Positions 25,441 to 38,905 of a stretch of DNA of 64,000 nt are shown one piece after another; the stretch's first letter is position 1; each line of letters begins with the position of its first letter. The translations under genes were made by a program, and so were the position numbers. A model generated the notes under the pieces. That model was not told where the DNA came from. It ran no database searches and saw only the letters and a program-made list of their open reading frames with translations. Source of the stretch: Schmidtea polychroa (Eukaryota); assembly GCA_044892525.1 (NCBI GenBank), contig CM097885.1:260524001-260588000 (forward strand), read 5' to 3'.

Positions 25441-26502
25441 CGTGGCACATCCAAATGTTTTATTAATGGTTACCCATCATAAATATTTTCCTCAACAATT
25501 CGAAATCTTTGGTCAGATATACCAATATATTGTTATAACTCTTTCTCCTCACATCTATTTCTCTCTAACCTTTACCATATATTTTCATTTTAACAATTGA
25601 TCTTTTTTCATAATTACCTAAAATACGATTAGATCTCTCAATATTTTGGAATCCCTTGCCAGATTAGACCTATAATTATCCCACTTAACAAACTACTATT
25701 TTTCAACGTAGAAGTAAAATGTATTTTTAGTCCCCCATAAAAGGTGAATATTTTGAACGAATGGAAAACATTATGAAACGATTTGAGGAAGTAAAAAATT
25801 ATAAAAAAAAATAAAATACAATTTAAAATTTTTTTTTAAGTTCGTGAGGTAATTTTATGGATATTGCTCAGTTTTGTTACCCCATTGTTACGCCACTTGA
25901 CGTTTGAGAATTTGATAAAAAACATAATTTATTTTCGCTAATTTTCTCATTTTATTCAAGATTTTAATTGGATAAAGAATTTATTAAAATAAAAAAATTA
26001 TTAAATATAAACGATTATTTTAAGTACTGACTTTTTACAAAATAAACAAAAATTAATCTCATTAAATACCCAACAGACCTAACTGGACCTATAATTTTAA
26101 ATTTCTTATGTAAAATATTTTAAGTCACTTTTAACGAACTAGTATAAAAAACCAGAGAAAGGCTTGACCCAATCGGAGAAATGTTGAGAAAACGGAAATC
26201 AGAAAGTTTTCAACTACAGATCAATGATTAATATTTAACTCAAATTTTCAGCACTGACATTCTCGAATGTTTCCCCTTTGCCTTTTTGACATTTGATATA
26301 CTCCGTAAACATATTCCCAAATACAATTTAAATAAAATACACATTTGACTTTATGAAAAATAAATGAGTGGAAAAAAGAATCCAAAATAGATATTTCATA
26401 ATCAAATAAGTTGATTTGAGTATTCTAACTCTCCACCAGTTTTCGTAAATCCTTTGTGACTAGGGTTAATAGCTCAAGATCAATATTTTTGCTAACCATG
26501 AC

Positions 26503-26583
26503 AGTATGGAGATATTGGCCCTCTGCATCCTAGGGGGGGGGGACAGACCGGATGGTCATGCTGCAGAGGGCTAATATCTACCT
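26503..26583. repeat. Collapsed copy of the TIR element (about 80 bp hairpin)
   Basis: AGATATTGGCCCTCTGCA (26510-26527) and TGCAGAGGGCTAATATCT (26562-26579) form an 18 bp inverted repeat with one mismatch. Confidence 0.8.
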
Positions 26584-27139
26584 ACTCATGTCATTTTCAA
26601 ATTTCATTCAGAAGGTGGTTAAAGCTGGGAAAAATTTTATTGAAACCCTTCCCCTTTAACCGGATCTCTTTTGAGATATATGGGTAAATTTATTTTTGCA
26701 GAACTATATATCTCATCGAGCCTAGACCTTGTAACTGGCAATGAGCTTTCAGATCTCATTCGCAAATTGATCAAATCCAGGAAAATAAAAATAGTAATTA
26801 ATTATTGCGAACTCATTATGAGTTATCGAACCCCCTAGCGATAACTCATTACTAAAGTTTACTTTGGCGCCTTTTTAAAAAATTTTTTTTTCATTGTTTG
26901 TTTATTTATTTAAATTTTTTCGTTAAATTTGCAAAGATTATCAAACTAAATAAAATTAGTAAAGAAAATTAGAAAAGAAAATCCCCAAAATGCCCATAAA
27001 TAACAAGCAAGGCCAGATAAATGTTATATTTGATATTCTTTCACATATGATTTGCAAAATTTCACACATTAAAAACGAAAATCGTCAATTTTAAAAACGG
27101 GAAATAAATATTTATATATTCGAGTTTACAATGATTTAT

Positions 27140-27584
27140 TTATAAATTTTCCCTGTCCACACTGACGAACTCGAGGGGCCTCATATTCAAAATATTAACA
27201 TTCGAATGGTGTCGTTCGTTTTCTGAGAAATCTTTCGAGATTTTCGAATTCAATTTTATGTCTATGAGATTTGAAATGTTTTTGTATTGACTCTCCAGCT
27301 TACCAATGTCCAAAGCAGCGCATTCGAAACTGATTTGATTACATAATTGGAACCCACAACTCATTATGTCAATGTAATAGAACCCGTGCAAATAGAGCAT
27401 TCCTGATTTGTGAGTTCGAATGTCGATTTTTGTGGTTTGAACCGGGCACTGGGAGGGATTCGGATCACCGAATGGTCCAAAGGAATTCCCTTGATCAGTT
27501 TCAAATGATAAGCTATTCACTGTCCAAGAGTGATGAATTTCTATTATGATTATATTTTCCCATGGCTTTAATTTCATTTGTTTC
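27140..27584 (-). CDS. Probable terminal exon encoding a jacalin-like (beta-prism) lectin half-domain
   Basis: tcag acceptor, then KQMKLKPWENIIIIEIHHSWTVNSLSFETDQGNSFGPFG, resembling the jacalin 'L..GE.I..V.......V.SL.F.TN.G..YGPFG' pattern; candidate upstream exon at about 28330-28500. Confidence 0.5.
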
Positions 27585-29354
27585 CTGATAACAACAAATA
27601 TTTGGGAGAAAATATGAAATCTCTTTTACTTCTTATATTTATCTGATTGACTAATGTGACATTTGATTTTCTTTTTTTCGTTACTGTCCCAGATCTTTTG
27701 ATAAGTTACATCTATTCCTACAATAGATACACAATAGAAGCTTTTTGAAACGGTGTAAAAACAAGAGCCAATATACACGTCTGTCACATTACATAATTTA
27801 TCAACAAAAAATATTACATTATTTCAATATTATCTGAAAATTGACATTTCTCAATCGAATGATGAATAATTTATTCAATCACTAAAGTATTTAATTTAAA
27901 TATTCAAAATTTGTTTTAAATAAATTTAGCTCATTGATTTGAATTTTTGCCTGGCCATATAGACGAGCTAATTTTTCATAAAGGTACTGCAACCAAATGT
28001 CAACTAATGTCAATGTTATAAAAATTGGACCCAAGAACGAATACATCCGACATAGAGTCACATAATATTATTTACGGCATTACGTCACTCCCTTATGGAA
28101 TTTTCTAGGGGCAAAATTGGAAAAAGAATTATTTTCAGACAACCTTGCATTTTTTATCTTATACTGATGATTTGAAATGTACTTTATAATAAATATATAA
28201 GGACATTTGAAGCATAATTCTAACACTAAATTTACAAACGCCTATTCCAAAAGATGGGGGTGGGAATAAGTACCAGTATAGAGCACAAATCATGTTTGTC
28301 AAGTGGTAATTATGTTTGCAAATTTATTGTAATTATATTACCAGATTTATTACCAAATTTAGTTGTTGACAAATTTCTTCCTCTGATTTTCTCCATGGAA
28401 CTCCATGTCAATTTAGGGTTATGCAAATTATCATGAGTTCCTTTTACCAAATTATGTCTACTCACGAATCTTATTGAATTTAGATTCCTGACTTTCGTTA
28501 GAATTTGCAACGAAAAGAAATAATTTAAATTTTTTAATATTTAATTTTATTACAACTTTATTGTTAATATCCTTTATTTTCATTTCATATTTAAAAAAAA
28601 TATTTGTATTTGTTGAACACGAATTTATGACAGGCTTTTCATGAGTGGTTTTAATATTTGAGATGATTTTTTATTGGTCATATTATTCAAATATAATTCT
28701 ATTTATAATTGTTAGACGCAATTAAATTCAAATCTTCTTCGAGCATTTATTTTTATAACAACTTCAAAATTGTGCCGTTTACTAGCGTATTTAAACACCG
28801 AGGCGTGATAATTATTAAGATTAATGTAATTACTGGTCATACATTTAATTGATTTAATTTAGTATAATATGATATAATTTAATATAGAATTAAAATATAA
28901 AAATTTTACAGAAATAATTATTTCTACTAACTGATCTCACTTCTACCATTTAACCATAATAATTTTATATAGAGATTTACTAACTCCTTACAATAATAAA
29001 ATACAACTGTTATTCACAACTATATTTATTAACATATTGTTGACCGGTGACGAGTTAAGTCGTCATAGCACTTGCATTATCTATTTCAATTTATGAAACC
29101 CAGGGTTATTTAGAATATTACAAAAATATTACACTAAATATTTGAGCGCATTTTGTATTATATACTTTGGGGTTATATTTTGGGGTTATATTTTGGGGCT
29201 TTTTTTCAAAACATTTTTCCTTATATACCTATTTGTAGAAGTGGTTCTGCAGAGGATATATTCAATCAATTGAAGAATCTTTTAGATCAACTCGAGGCTT
29301 GAAAATGGTAGCCTGTGACAAAACTGCGGTTAATACTGGTGGTTAATTATCGGT

Positions 29355-29510
29355 TCTCGCGTCTGTGTGCGCTTTTTACTTTTCTTGGATTTGAATTGTG
29401 TGCGCACACAGACGCGGACAATTGTCGAATTATTAGTTTATCTCGCGTCTGTGTGCGCTTTTTACTTTGTTGGATGGATTTGTGTGCGCACACAGACGCG
29501 GACAATTGTG
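29355..29510. repeat. Two tandem 86 bp units, each a perfect 15 bp GC-rich inverted repeat
   Basis: CGCGTCTGTGTGCGC...GCGCACACAGACGCG at 29358-29416 and 29444-29500. Confidence 0.95.
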
Positions 29511-29663
29511 GAGTTATTATTTCGGTTTTTGTCAGATTTATTGATTTTGATTTTGTTTAAAGTAATCAGGGAATTGCTGGAATTTTTATGTTTTTTGATC
29601 GATTTGTTTAAAAGATTGGAATTTGCCGGAAGGTTAATAAAATTGATATTCGGATTTCCTTTA

Positions 29664-30236
29664 ATGACTTCAATTAATAACGATAATTACTATAATCTTC
29701 AATGCAACAGGGACGTTCACATATCTCAGGATGGTAAATGTGTGACGTGCAATGATAGATTTATTGAAAGAATTATTTGTGATAACTCAATGGAAAATGA
29801 TGATAATGCCTTGAATGTTTTTCATATTATTCGTGATAACTCAATGGAAAATGGAAGTACTACAAACGAAACTGATGGTTCCTTTTTTATTACTCCAAGA
29901 GATCCTGATAACAGAAATAGTGCTTTTGGCCAACTAAAATCAAATTTATTTGGTGGATTGCTGCCACTGGATTTTAGATCCGATTCGTCAGACTACATAT
30001 TTTCAGATCAAAGTTTCGACAATTTTGTAACGAGTATTATGAATCAATTTGAACAGAGTGGTCCTCCACCAGCAAATGAGGCAGATATTGAGAAATTACA
30101 AGTCAAGAGAATCACCGCAGCTAATGATACATGTTCCATTTGTCTGTCAGATTATGAGGTGGGCGATGAAGTGTACGAGTTGCCCTGTCAGCACAGATAC
30201 CCGGTTCAGTGTCTCGAATTTTTACTATTATTTTAA
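29664..30236 (+). pseudogene. RNF126/RNF115-like RING-H2 E3 ligase, intronless and C-terminally truncated
   Basis: N-terminal zinc-ribbon-like QCNRDV..KCVTCNDRFIERI; DYIF..FDNFVTSIMNQFEQSGPPPA; RING CSIC..PCQHRYPVQCL ends without the last CxxC, and the second His is replaced by Pro. Confidence 0.75.
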
Positions 30237-30949
30237 ATATATAGAAATATTTTTATGACTGAGAATATTTTATAATAGACTTAGGACTTATTATTGTTAT
30301 AAAGATTTTTTAAAATATTATAAGAACATTTTTTTCCAATTTCACCATTGATTATTTTTTCCATTGAATTTATTAAATTTAATAAATTTTTTAAAAGATT
30401 TATATATTATATTATTTTTGGTAATTAAGTAATTCTGAATAGTAATTACAATTTATAGTTATTTTTCGTACTGTTGAGGTTTGTAGTGAGGTAGCAACCC
30501 TCACAGAAAGATAATGATCGGAGAAATAGATGAATGTAAAATTTAACATAGAACAAAGTTTTATTAATTCCAACGGCTTTGGTCAAAGGATCTTTATAGT
30601 TATTTGCGATTACATCCAACAGTTGGTATGAATTGTGTTGCATGTTGTTCACTGATTCTGTTTTTTGGTTGTTGCTGCTGAAATTGTTATTTAATTCTAA
30701 ATCGTCATATGGCATAAATTCTGCTGTTGCTGGTAGTTCGGAAGACAAGGCTAACGTCTAATTTTATATCAAAAGGGTGAAACCGGGGCTATTGTTTTAG
30801 TTTTCCATTTACATGGTCTTCCTTTGCAATAAAAAGATTCATTCGCGCACTTCCACATCACTTTCCGAGCCTTTAAAATCCAAGACCTTTGATTCAACTC
30901 ATTCAAAATCTGCTGGACACCTGTTTAGTGGTTTATTATTTTAATTTAT

Positions 30950-33350
30950 TATTAATCTTGTTACCAAACTCATATCTGACAAAATTAGAGGAAATTTGTC
31001 TCTTGTGGTAAATAATCTGCATGGATATTTCGACTGTTACTCCAAATACGCCTTCACTGTCTTAAACCGGAGAGAGCCTCACAACAACACTCTTGATAAA
31101 TTGCTTTTTCTTTTGCGGTTTTCTGAATTTCGTTTTGAAAATATGTTATTTGTTCATACCCAAATGATCTTCATCCTTACTCTCCAACTTATCCAGTGTC
31201 AATTCTCCGTTTTCTGTTTATCTTCCTTTTACGTTTAAATTTCCTACGAAACATTCTACCAAAGCTGGAACACTTACAATTATTTTCCAAGAGCAAAACG
31301 TTGTAACCTAGAAACAATCAGTTATCCTTCCGTTTGTTATCGTTTTCATGGCTTCACAAAATTTTGTTGGTTTATATTCTTTGGATTTTTCTGTTTCAAT
31401 TCTTCTATATTCGTATTATCTTTTTCTCTTGTTCAAGAAAATTTCTTGTTGGCCGCATTTCTTTTTCTTTTTAAAGAAACGACGGATCTGACCACCACAG
31501 TAAGCCTTCCTTTAGTTCTCGTGCTGTCATTCCCCAGGATATCAAATCATTTGGGCTTCCTTTAGTGGAAATATATCGCATTTGTTGTGGACTCGTCCAT
31601 TCTTGAATTAGCCAATTCGATTCGTACAAACGACTTGTTCTTTCTTCACCATAATTTTGGATCCAGCAAATCACATCCACACTATCAATCCAGAAATTGT
31701 ACTGTCACTAGTTATTTCCTCAAAATCTTTGCAATATTTTTAGCAAGCTTTACACTAATACAAACGACCATCAATTCCATTCTTGGCATACTGATAATCT
31801 TTAAAGGTGCCACTTTTGCTCTTGACGCTATCAAGCTTATTCTGTTTCCGTCTGATTTACGTACTCTTGCATAAGTCACTGCGTTGTAAACTTCGTATAA
31901 ATCTTGGTCTAACTGTGAGTGTTTTACTTCGATTTATTCACTTTAATCATCTGTCCACAGTTGCTTAATTTCTTGATCTAATATTTCGCTTCAGCTTAAG
32001 AATAACTTTGGTGAATCCATGGTCGTCCGATAATTACTGGTTCTACACATCTGTACCCAAGTGTTGTCAATCTAGCCATAGGTTTACCAATTCCCCACAA
32101 CAATTTCCTTCAGAGGTCCTTGTAGTCCGAGATAATCAGCACCTATCGGCATTCCGGCACTTTAACCACTTGTTTTCTTTCAACATCGGAAAATCGATTC
32201 CCTCCATTTTCTTTGACCCAATTTATTAACCTTATCCACAGCGAAACTAGTTACCGAGAGTGCTCTAAATTCCTTATTCATTTACATCATTACTAAGCAA
32301 AGTCATTCGCACTGACTTTGCTTTCATATTTTGAACTTTTCTTAGGATAATGCCTGCTGCAACAATGGTTTCTTCCCCATGTAATCCCAGGTCAGCAGCA
32401 ATTCGAACATTAATGTAACTTACTTAGCTTGCGTCGTCAAGCAGAACATTCACTTTTATTGTCTTACTGTTAGGAATCGTTCTTAAACTTAAGTATACTC
32501 TGCTCTGAGTTTTGGTTAATTCAGTACCAGTCGTCATCATCGTCATAACTTCATTTTCTTTCCTCTTCATAAAGTAAATATTTGTGTTTCGTTGAACAAC
32601 TATCCACTTTACAGAATGGGTTTTTCCTACATTCCATTTAGAAATGACCTTTCTTCAAACAATTTCTACAAAGTTTGTCCTTTTCAATAAATTCTTCTCT
32701 ATCAACCACTTTTAATTTTTTTAATTCGTTACACTGATCCAGGTAGTATGGCCATTTGCATTTTACACACTGTAAATGACATTCTTTAGTTGTATTTTCT
32801 TTTTTGATTTCATAATTAGTTGCTCCTTTGTTGTTGGTTGTCCCAAGATGAGTTCGATCCTTCATCCATGTAGTTTCTTTCTTTGATCGTTACTTGAAAA
32901 CTTTACAGTTATTGAAGTATTTTACACTCCCAAAGCCATAGAGAATTTCGTTAGTGGATCGGTTTAAGTCGACTCCGATCTGTAGCCACTCCTTTGGTCA
33001 TTGAATCGATTCTTGTCCTTCTTCTCATGTATGATTCCTTTTTCATTGAATGAGCAAGGAACCTGCAACTTCTTCGACTGCTTCTGTGCAAATCATGGTC
33101 TCTACCAATAGCATAAAAACGAACTTCCATGGATTCCAATAAGCCAACACTTGGTCGATCCCTGTATTAAAGGCTACCTTCCATGTTTCAAGTACCTTTC
33201 AATCGAAAATTGGAATCTTTACCTTTTGCAACCACCCATTTAAACGTTTCTTCCCATCTAATGATTCACTAATGTTTCAATGTTTTTTTACCTCTCGCTC
33301 ACAATACTTTGTTCCGTTCTTTTTTGCATTGATTTATCCAACTCCTTTAC
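30950..33350 (-). mobile_element. BEL/Pao LTR retrotransposon relic
   Basis: gag knuckle CVKC...LDQC..LKKLKVVDR...KLCRNCLKKGH (32638-32800); Pao RNase H region VICWI...IQEWTS..MRYISTK.SPNDLISWG...LWWSDPSFL (31471-31680). Confidence 0.85.
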
Positions 33351-36299
33351 TAATTTTTTCCTTGGGTCAAATGCATGTCATGATTTCTCCTCATAACCAA
33401 AATAATCGCTTTAATCACATTTTCTTGATTTAAAATAATTTCTTCAATTTCAAAATGAAAATTTTTAAATTACCATTTGACAGTAATTGATTAGGTGGTT
33501 TGATATAGCTCTGAAGTCATGGCGTTGTTGTCATATTAGAAGAAGACATTGTTATACAATATTTATTTAAGATATTCCAAGCCATAACATACAAGCCATA
33601 CTTCCAATTGCATAATCTAGAAAAGTGTTTATTATTAGTTTAAGCGATATTATTGATGCGATACATAGTTCATTGCATACATAAACATTCCCACACCAGT
33701 CATCAAACTTAGAGGTCACAATGACCTGATTATATAAGTTTTTTATTATAAATTATTATCATCTCAACTGAGAATAATAATTTAAATAAATGAAATATCA
33801 AAAAAAGGAAAACAAACCAAAGGTGACTAAAAATTAAAGATTTCACTGATTTCTTTTTACTTATAATCATTACATAGATTTATTAAGTATATAACTTTAA
33901 GAAAAATATAAGGAGAGTTAATTACTTAATAATTTAATAGTATGAGCATTATTCAGATAAATTCACTCACCTGCTATTACTTGGCATATATTGTTCCACT
34001 TTGGAATAATATAGAATGTGATTAACTGGATTTTCCATTCCTTAGGATTACAATCTTGAATTGTATTGAATACCGTCTGTGAACACAGCGACGTTCTGCA
34101 AATTAGCAAATTTTATATATTTTATTACAATTACTATCAGTTGAAAAAGGCTGTACCGAAAATTCGTGAATATCAACAAAAATAAAACATCAATATCTTT
34201 ACTGATTCATAGTGAAATCTTTTAATAAATAGAATGTCAATTGAAAAGAAAAGATTGAAAAAAGTTACCATATGATATATACATTAATACGTCTTTTAAC
34301 CTTGAAAAAACTCCATAGATAAATATTGCAATGTGATTTTTGCAATAAATGTATTATGTAATCTAATGTTTTGTATTGTATGCTTTTGTCTTATAATCTA
34401 ATTAAATTGTTTTATCCCTTGACTTCAATATGTTATGCTAGAAAGAAATAGTTGAACCCAGTCAAGTTATCAGTAAAAATATTATGAGATATTAAATTGA
34501 CAAGGACTATCTTATAGTCGAAAATATTTTCATTAAATACATTATTCGCAGCAAAAGGCTTAAATTATCATTTTATTGTTTTAAATAATAAATACTGCTA
34601 CCAAGAAATCATCACTTTATACTATATCTCTCAATATATAAAAAGCTAAGGATCCCATCCATCCGAATTTTCTTTTTTTAATTTCTTTTTTTATTTCTTT
34701 TTTAATTTTTAATTTATTTATTTTTTAAAAATTTTTTTAATTTTTGTTTTAATTTTTTTATGAATTATTTAACTTTTTGTACTTATATTACTTAGAAATG
34801 GTTTATGCTATTATCTTTTATCATAGTTATGTAAACATATTAATAAACTGAATCTTACTCAACATGAATCTTTTTCAACATATTCTGATTCAAGTTTATG
34901 GAGAATCAATGGAAATGTCAAACGACAAAAACATCTCATTTAATTTTAATGTTTTGTAAAAATTTCAAAAAAATATATCCAATAAAAAAGAAATAATATT
35001 TAAATTAATAAAATATTTTTCAATATTTTCCATAGGTTTTTTGAGTTCAATAAAATCAAAATCTCATTATTAATACAGGACATCGAAATTTAATGATTTA
35101 AAAAAATTTTATTTTTAAGTCGCTAAATAATTTATAAATTTTCATAAAAAATCAATTTTCATGATTGTCAAAAATAAAACAACACATAAAAAATAATTAA
35201 AAATATTGATCTGTAATATGAAAAAAAGATTAAAGTAAATGTAAATTATTTATTTTATTATTTTTGATAATTTTTAAAATAAAATATTTTAATGAGAAAT
35301 TAATTAATTTATTATAAATTAGAAAATATTAATGAGAATTAACTAAATAATCTAAACCAAATTTTATTTTTTCATTAATTAAACTTGAATTACAAAATAA
35401 TATATTTATTATTTGAATATTAATTTTAATAAATTAAGTATTGACAAGCGATAAATCAATAAAAAATATTATTAAAATTTGTCTTATTTCAATATTGCTA
35501 TATTATCAACTGCAATAAAATCTCTCTAAGTTAAAGAAAATGTAAATTAAATAAAGAAATTTGTTAAAAGTTAGCAATAAAATATTTTTAGGATATTTTA
35601 ATTTATTCAGTAGTAAATTGAAATATTATAAAATAAAATTTTGAAATCTCTAAAAAATGAGTTTTACAAAGTTTTAAAATTTTTTTCAATAAATGAATTT
35701 TTTAAGTTTAATAATAAAAATAATAAATGCAATTTAATGATAAATAATTTTAATAGGTTTTGTTAAAATTCCAATGAGATAAAAATTAAATTTCAAAAAA
35801 ATAAATCCAATAAAAAAGAAATAATATTTAAATTAATAAAATATTTTTAAAATAATTTGATATTTTCATTGTTTAATTTTTAATTTTTAAATATTTTGTA
35901 AACTGATTAATAAATTTGTTTTAATAATCACAAAATGAATATAATTAATTTGTCAATCAAATTTTTACTTTGCGTTGATTTCTGAGGAGTTTTGAAGCAA
36001 TATTTTGCAAATTATTGTTTAAATGGGTCACAATGGTTTTTATTATATTTTCTCATTTCGGTTCTGCATTGCTTAATATTTGATCATTACTGGATTCGTT
36101 GCTGAAACTATTCATTCGCCACTGATTCTTTTTTAATTTGGATTTTTAGTTTGGTCTTAACCTCAGAAAAACATCTGGTCCATTTATAAAATCCTAAAGT
36201 GGTTCTGATTCGTTCACAAAGCTTATTTCTTCCATCAAATCATTTATTATAGTTTTTGCGTTTGGACATTGAATCCGTTGTCTTTTACATCGCTTCATC

Positions 36300-38830
36300 T
36301 ATTTTATCTTCAAAGTTGATTATTTATCGGTTTTCCTTGAGTTTTATGCTTCAACAGCTTTGTGCAGTCAATGTCCCATTTATCAGCCATAGAAACATTT
36401 TGAATCTTTTTTATTGATTCTAATAAAATCCAGAAGTATCGGGTTATCTATCATGTAACTTCTTTATATCTTCTTTACTTCCGTTGTTTCTTTGGTGCAA
36501 CTGAGACACAATTCTCGGTTCAAGGTCTTCTCGGCTGTTCAGTGTACCAGCAGATATTCTGTTGAACTTTCCTCGTTTAACTCATGTCCCAATATGTTTT
36601 TCTGATCTGCTTGTCAATCAGTGATTTGACCATCACCTCTTGTCTTGAAGTAAAAGATTTGAATAAATTTAAACTATTTATCACTTTCTATATTGAATGT
36701 TTCAACATCATCTCTTCTATGGGAATAGTTCGGAAATAGCCTCTTATGAAGAAATCCATACACACGGTCACCATATTAGAAACGGCTAAAACATCTTCTT
36801 AATATTTTTTTAAATCGGGTATCAAAGGATAACGTCATAATTCCAAGGATTTATTTAATGAAATATTATATTTCTTTACTCCTCGAATGATGGCGTCTAA
36901 ATACACCATTGCCCCATTTGTTTTGTCTTTTACCTTTGTCATTATTCCCTGATGCTGCTTCAATTCAGAAAGAATTTCCGAAACAGTATTGCCCGTTTTT
37001 TGTTGAAAAGTCAGTTTTCTCTTGAGTTTCTTCGTCTAATTCAACTTGGTAATATGCATTACTTAGCTCTATTGAGCTTCAAAATATAGATCATTCTAGT
37101 AAATCCTAGTAAAGTCTATGTTTGGCATTGGAAATGCCTGCCTCTCTGTTACCATTCCCAGATTAACGGCATGTCCCATGGGGAGTTGCATTTCCGTATA
37201 ATCCCGTTTTCATACAAATTTTGTATTGCTTCTTCAACCTTTGTTTCTAAATTTAATGGCTGACGATATAGTTTTATGTTTATCGGTTCGCCTCTTGTAA
37301 TTATCTTAAGTTTTACCAGATGCATGCTACCCACACCTCATTGATCTGCCATTATTACGTTTCCACTATTCGTTATTATTTCCTTTAATTTGCTATTCTC
37401 ATTCTTTATTCTTAGCACATACTATCAACATCTTTACAGTTAATTTCTCTTTTGAGAATTCTTTATTCTCGAAGATCCTGTCGACAAGTTAATCCACTTT
37501 TTAAAATATCTCTTTTCCTTTTCGTTTATAATTCAATAAGTTTTCCAAATCCTTCATCCCTTTTAGGCAAGGTGGTGTTCAAAGTGTTCTACCTTTTTGT
37601 TGCTTGAAACTGCAAGGTGGAATTTTTCTACACCTCCTCGAACATCTCTTTCGTAATAAAATCCCATTCGTAACATGGCTTGAAATCCTTCTGCTTTTTA
37701 AATATTTTTGCATAGGTTTCCAATAGATCCTCGTCGATCATACATGATGTTAATCTTTCTCTTATACTTGAATTCACAAAACATTCGGGTGAAGTATAGA
37801 GACCAGTAACAGTTATCTTTTGATAAATCTTGGTCTCACAGTGTTTTTCTTTGTGTTATATCAACAGATCCAAGAAAGCAAGTGATGATTTTTCTCAGTT
37901 TCAAATGTGAATACAATGTTTATATGTAGACTATTCATATAATGCAAAAATGTGAATTTCATACATCTAAAAAATGCTGTTTCCAATAGATTCTAGTCCA
38001 TCATACATGCTGTTAATCTTTTTCTGTTCTCTTTTATCCGTGATGCCTTTAGCATCGAAATAAATCTAAAATCTTTTAATAAAATTCTCCAAGTCATCAC
38101 CTTGACAAAACACCTTTGGTAACAATCTTTCAGTGATCGTGTCGGTGTTTACCACTGCCGCCAAATTAGGATTTTCATTTGTTAAAACATTAAAATCGTT
38201 TTGTGAATCACTAAATAACTCCATAAACGTTATTTAAAAAATATGCACTAAAACATTAATGTTTTTGAAATGTATTTTACTCTTACATCACTTATTGTGC
38301 TCACTAATATTGATCAATCCCTTTACCATATTCCTCTTATTCTTGAATTCACAAAACACTCGGATGAAGTATAGAGACCAGTAGCAGTTATTTTTTTATA
38401 AATCTCTGTCTCATATTGTGTTTCTTTGCGTTGTATCAACAGATCCAAGACAGCAAGTGATGGTGTTTTCTTCGTTTCACTTTGTTTATATGTGTACTAT
38501 TCATATAATGCAAAAATGTGAATTTCATACATCTAAAAAATGCTGTTTCCAATAGATTCTAGTCCATCATACATGCTGTTAATCTTCTCCTGTTCTCTTT
38601 TATCCGTGATGCCTTTAGCATCGAAATAAATCTCACATCTTTTAATAAAATTCTCCAAGTCATCACCTTGACAAAACACCTTTGGCAGCAATATTTCGGT
38701 GATTGCGTCAGTGTTTACCACTGCCATCATATTAGTTTTTTCATTCGATAAAACATTAAAATCGTTTTGTGAATCACTAAATAACTCCATAAACTTTATT
38801 TAAAAAAATATGCACTAAAACATTAATAAT
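36300..38830 (-). mobile_element. Gypsy LTR retrotransposon relic (gag start duplicated, RT decayed)
   Basis: PINIKLYRQP...GIIRKCNSPW, FPMPNID, IELSNAYYQVELDEETQEKTDF and VYLDAII (YLDD decayed) at 36890-37330; gag-like PKVFCQGDDLENFIKRCEIYF. Confidence 0.8.
37760..38830 (-). repeat. Two tandem chimeric units (566 bp period): Gypsy gag start fused to Penelope RT/GIY-YIG fragments
   Basis: ATGGAGTTATTTAGTGATTC starts at 38790 and 38224; each is followed by PLE-derived FLDLLIQRK...YETEIYKK..TGLYT sequence. Confidence 0.85.
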
Positions 38831-38862
38831 ATAGAAACGCCAACTCAATAAATTCAACATAA

Positions 38863-38905
38863 ACGCGATATATTTCAATTGTACAACAATCTTCGTCAGG
38901 CCGCA
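38863..38905 (-). ncRNA. Minimal type-I hammerhead ribozyme motif, copy 1
   Basis: Minus strand UGCGGC-CUGACGA-AGAUUG-UUGUA-CAAUU-GAAA-UAUA-UC-GCGU: intact core, stem II, palindromic stem III, AUC cleavage triplet; stem I has a bulge. Confidence 0.7.

Noticed and set aside
29166-29198. TTTTGGGG repeats as telomeric sequence
   Set aside because: Only three 13 bp units (TTTTGGGGTTATA), and they are internal.
33480-34110. Minus-strand exon-like segments with splice signals
   Set aside because: They could not be joined into a credible protein.
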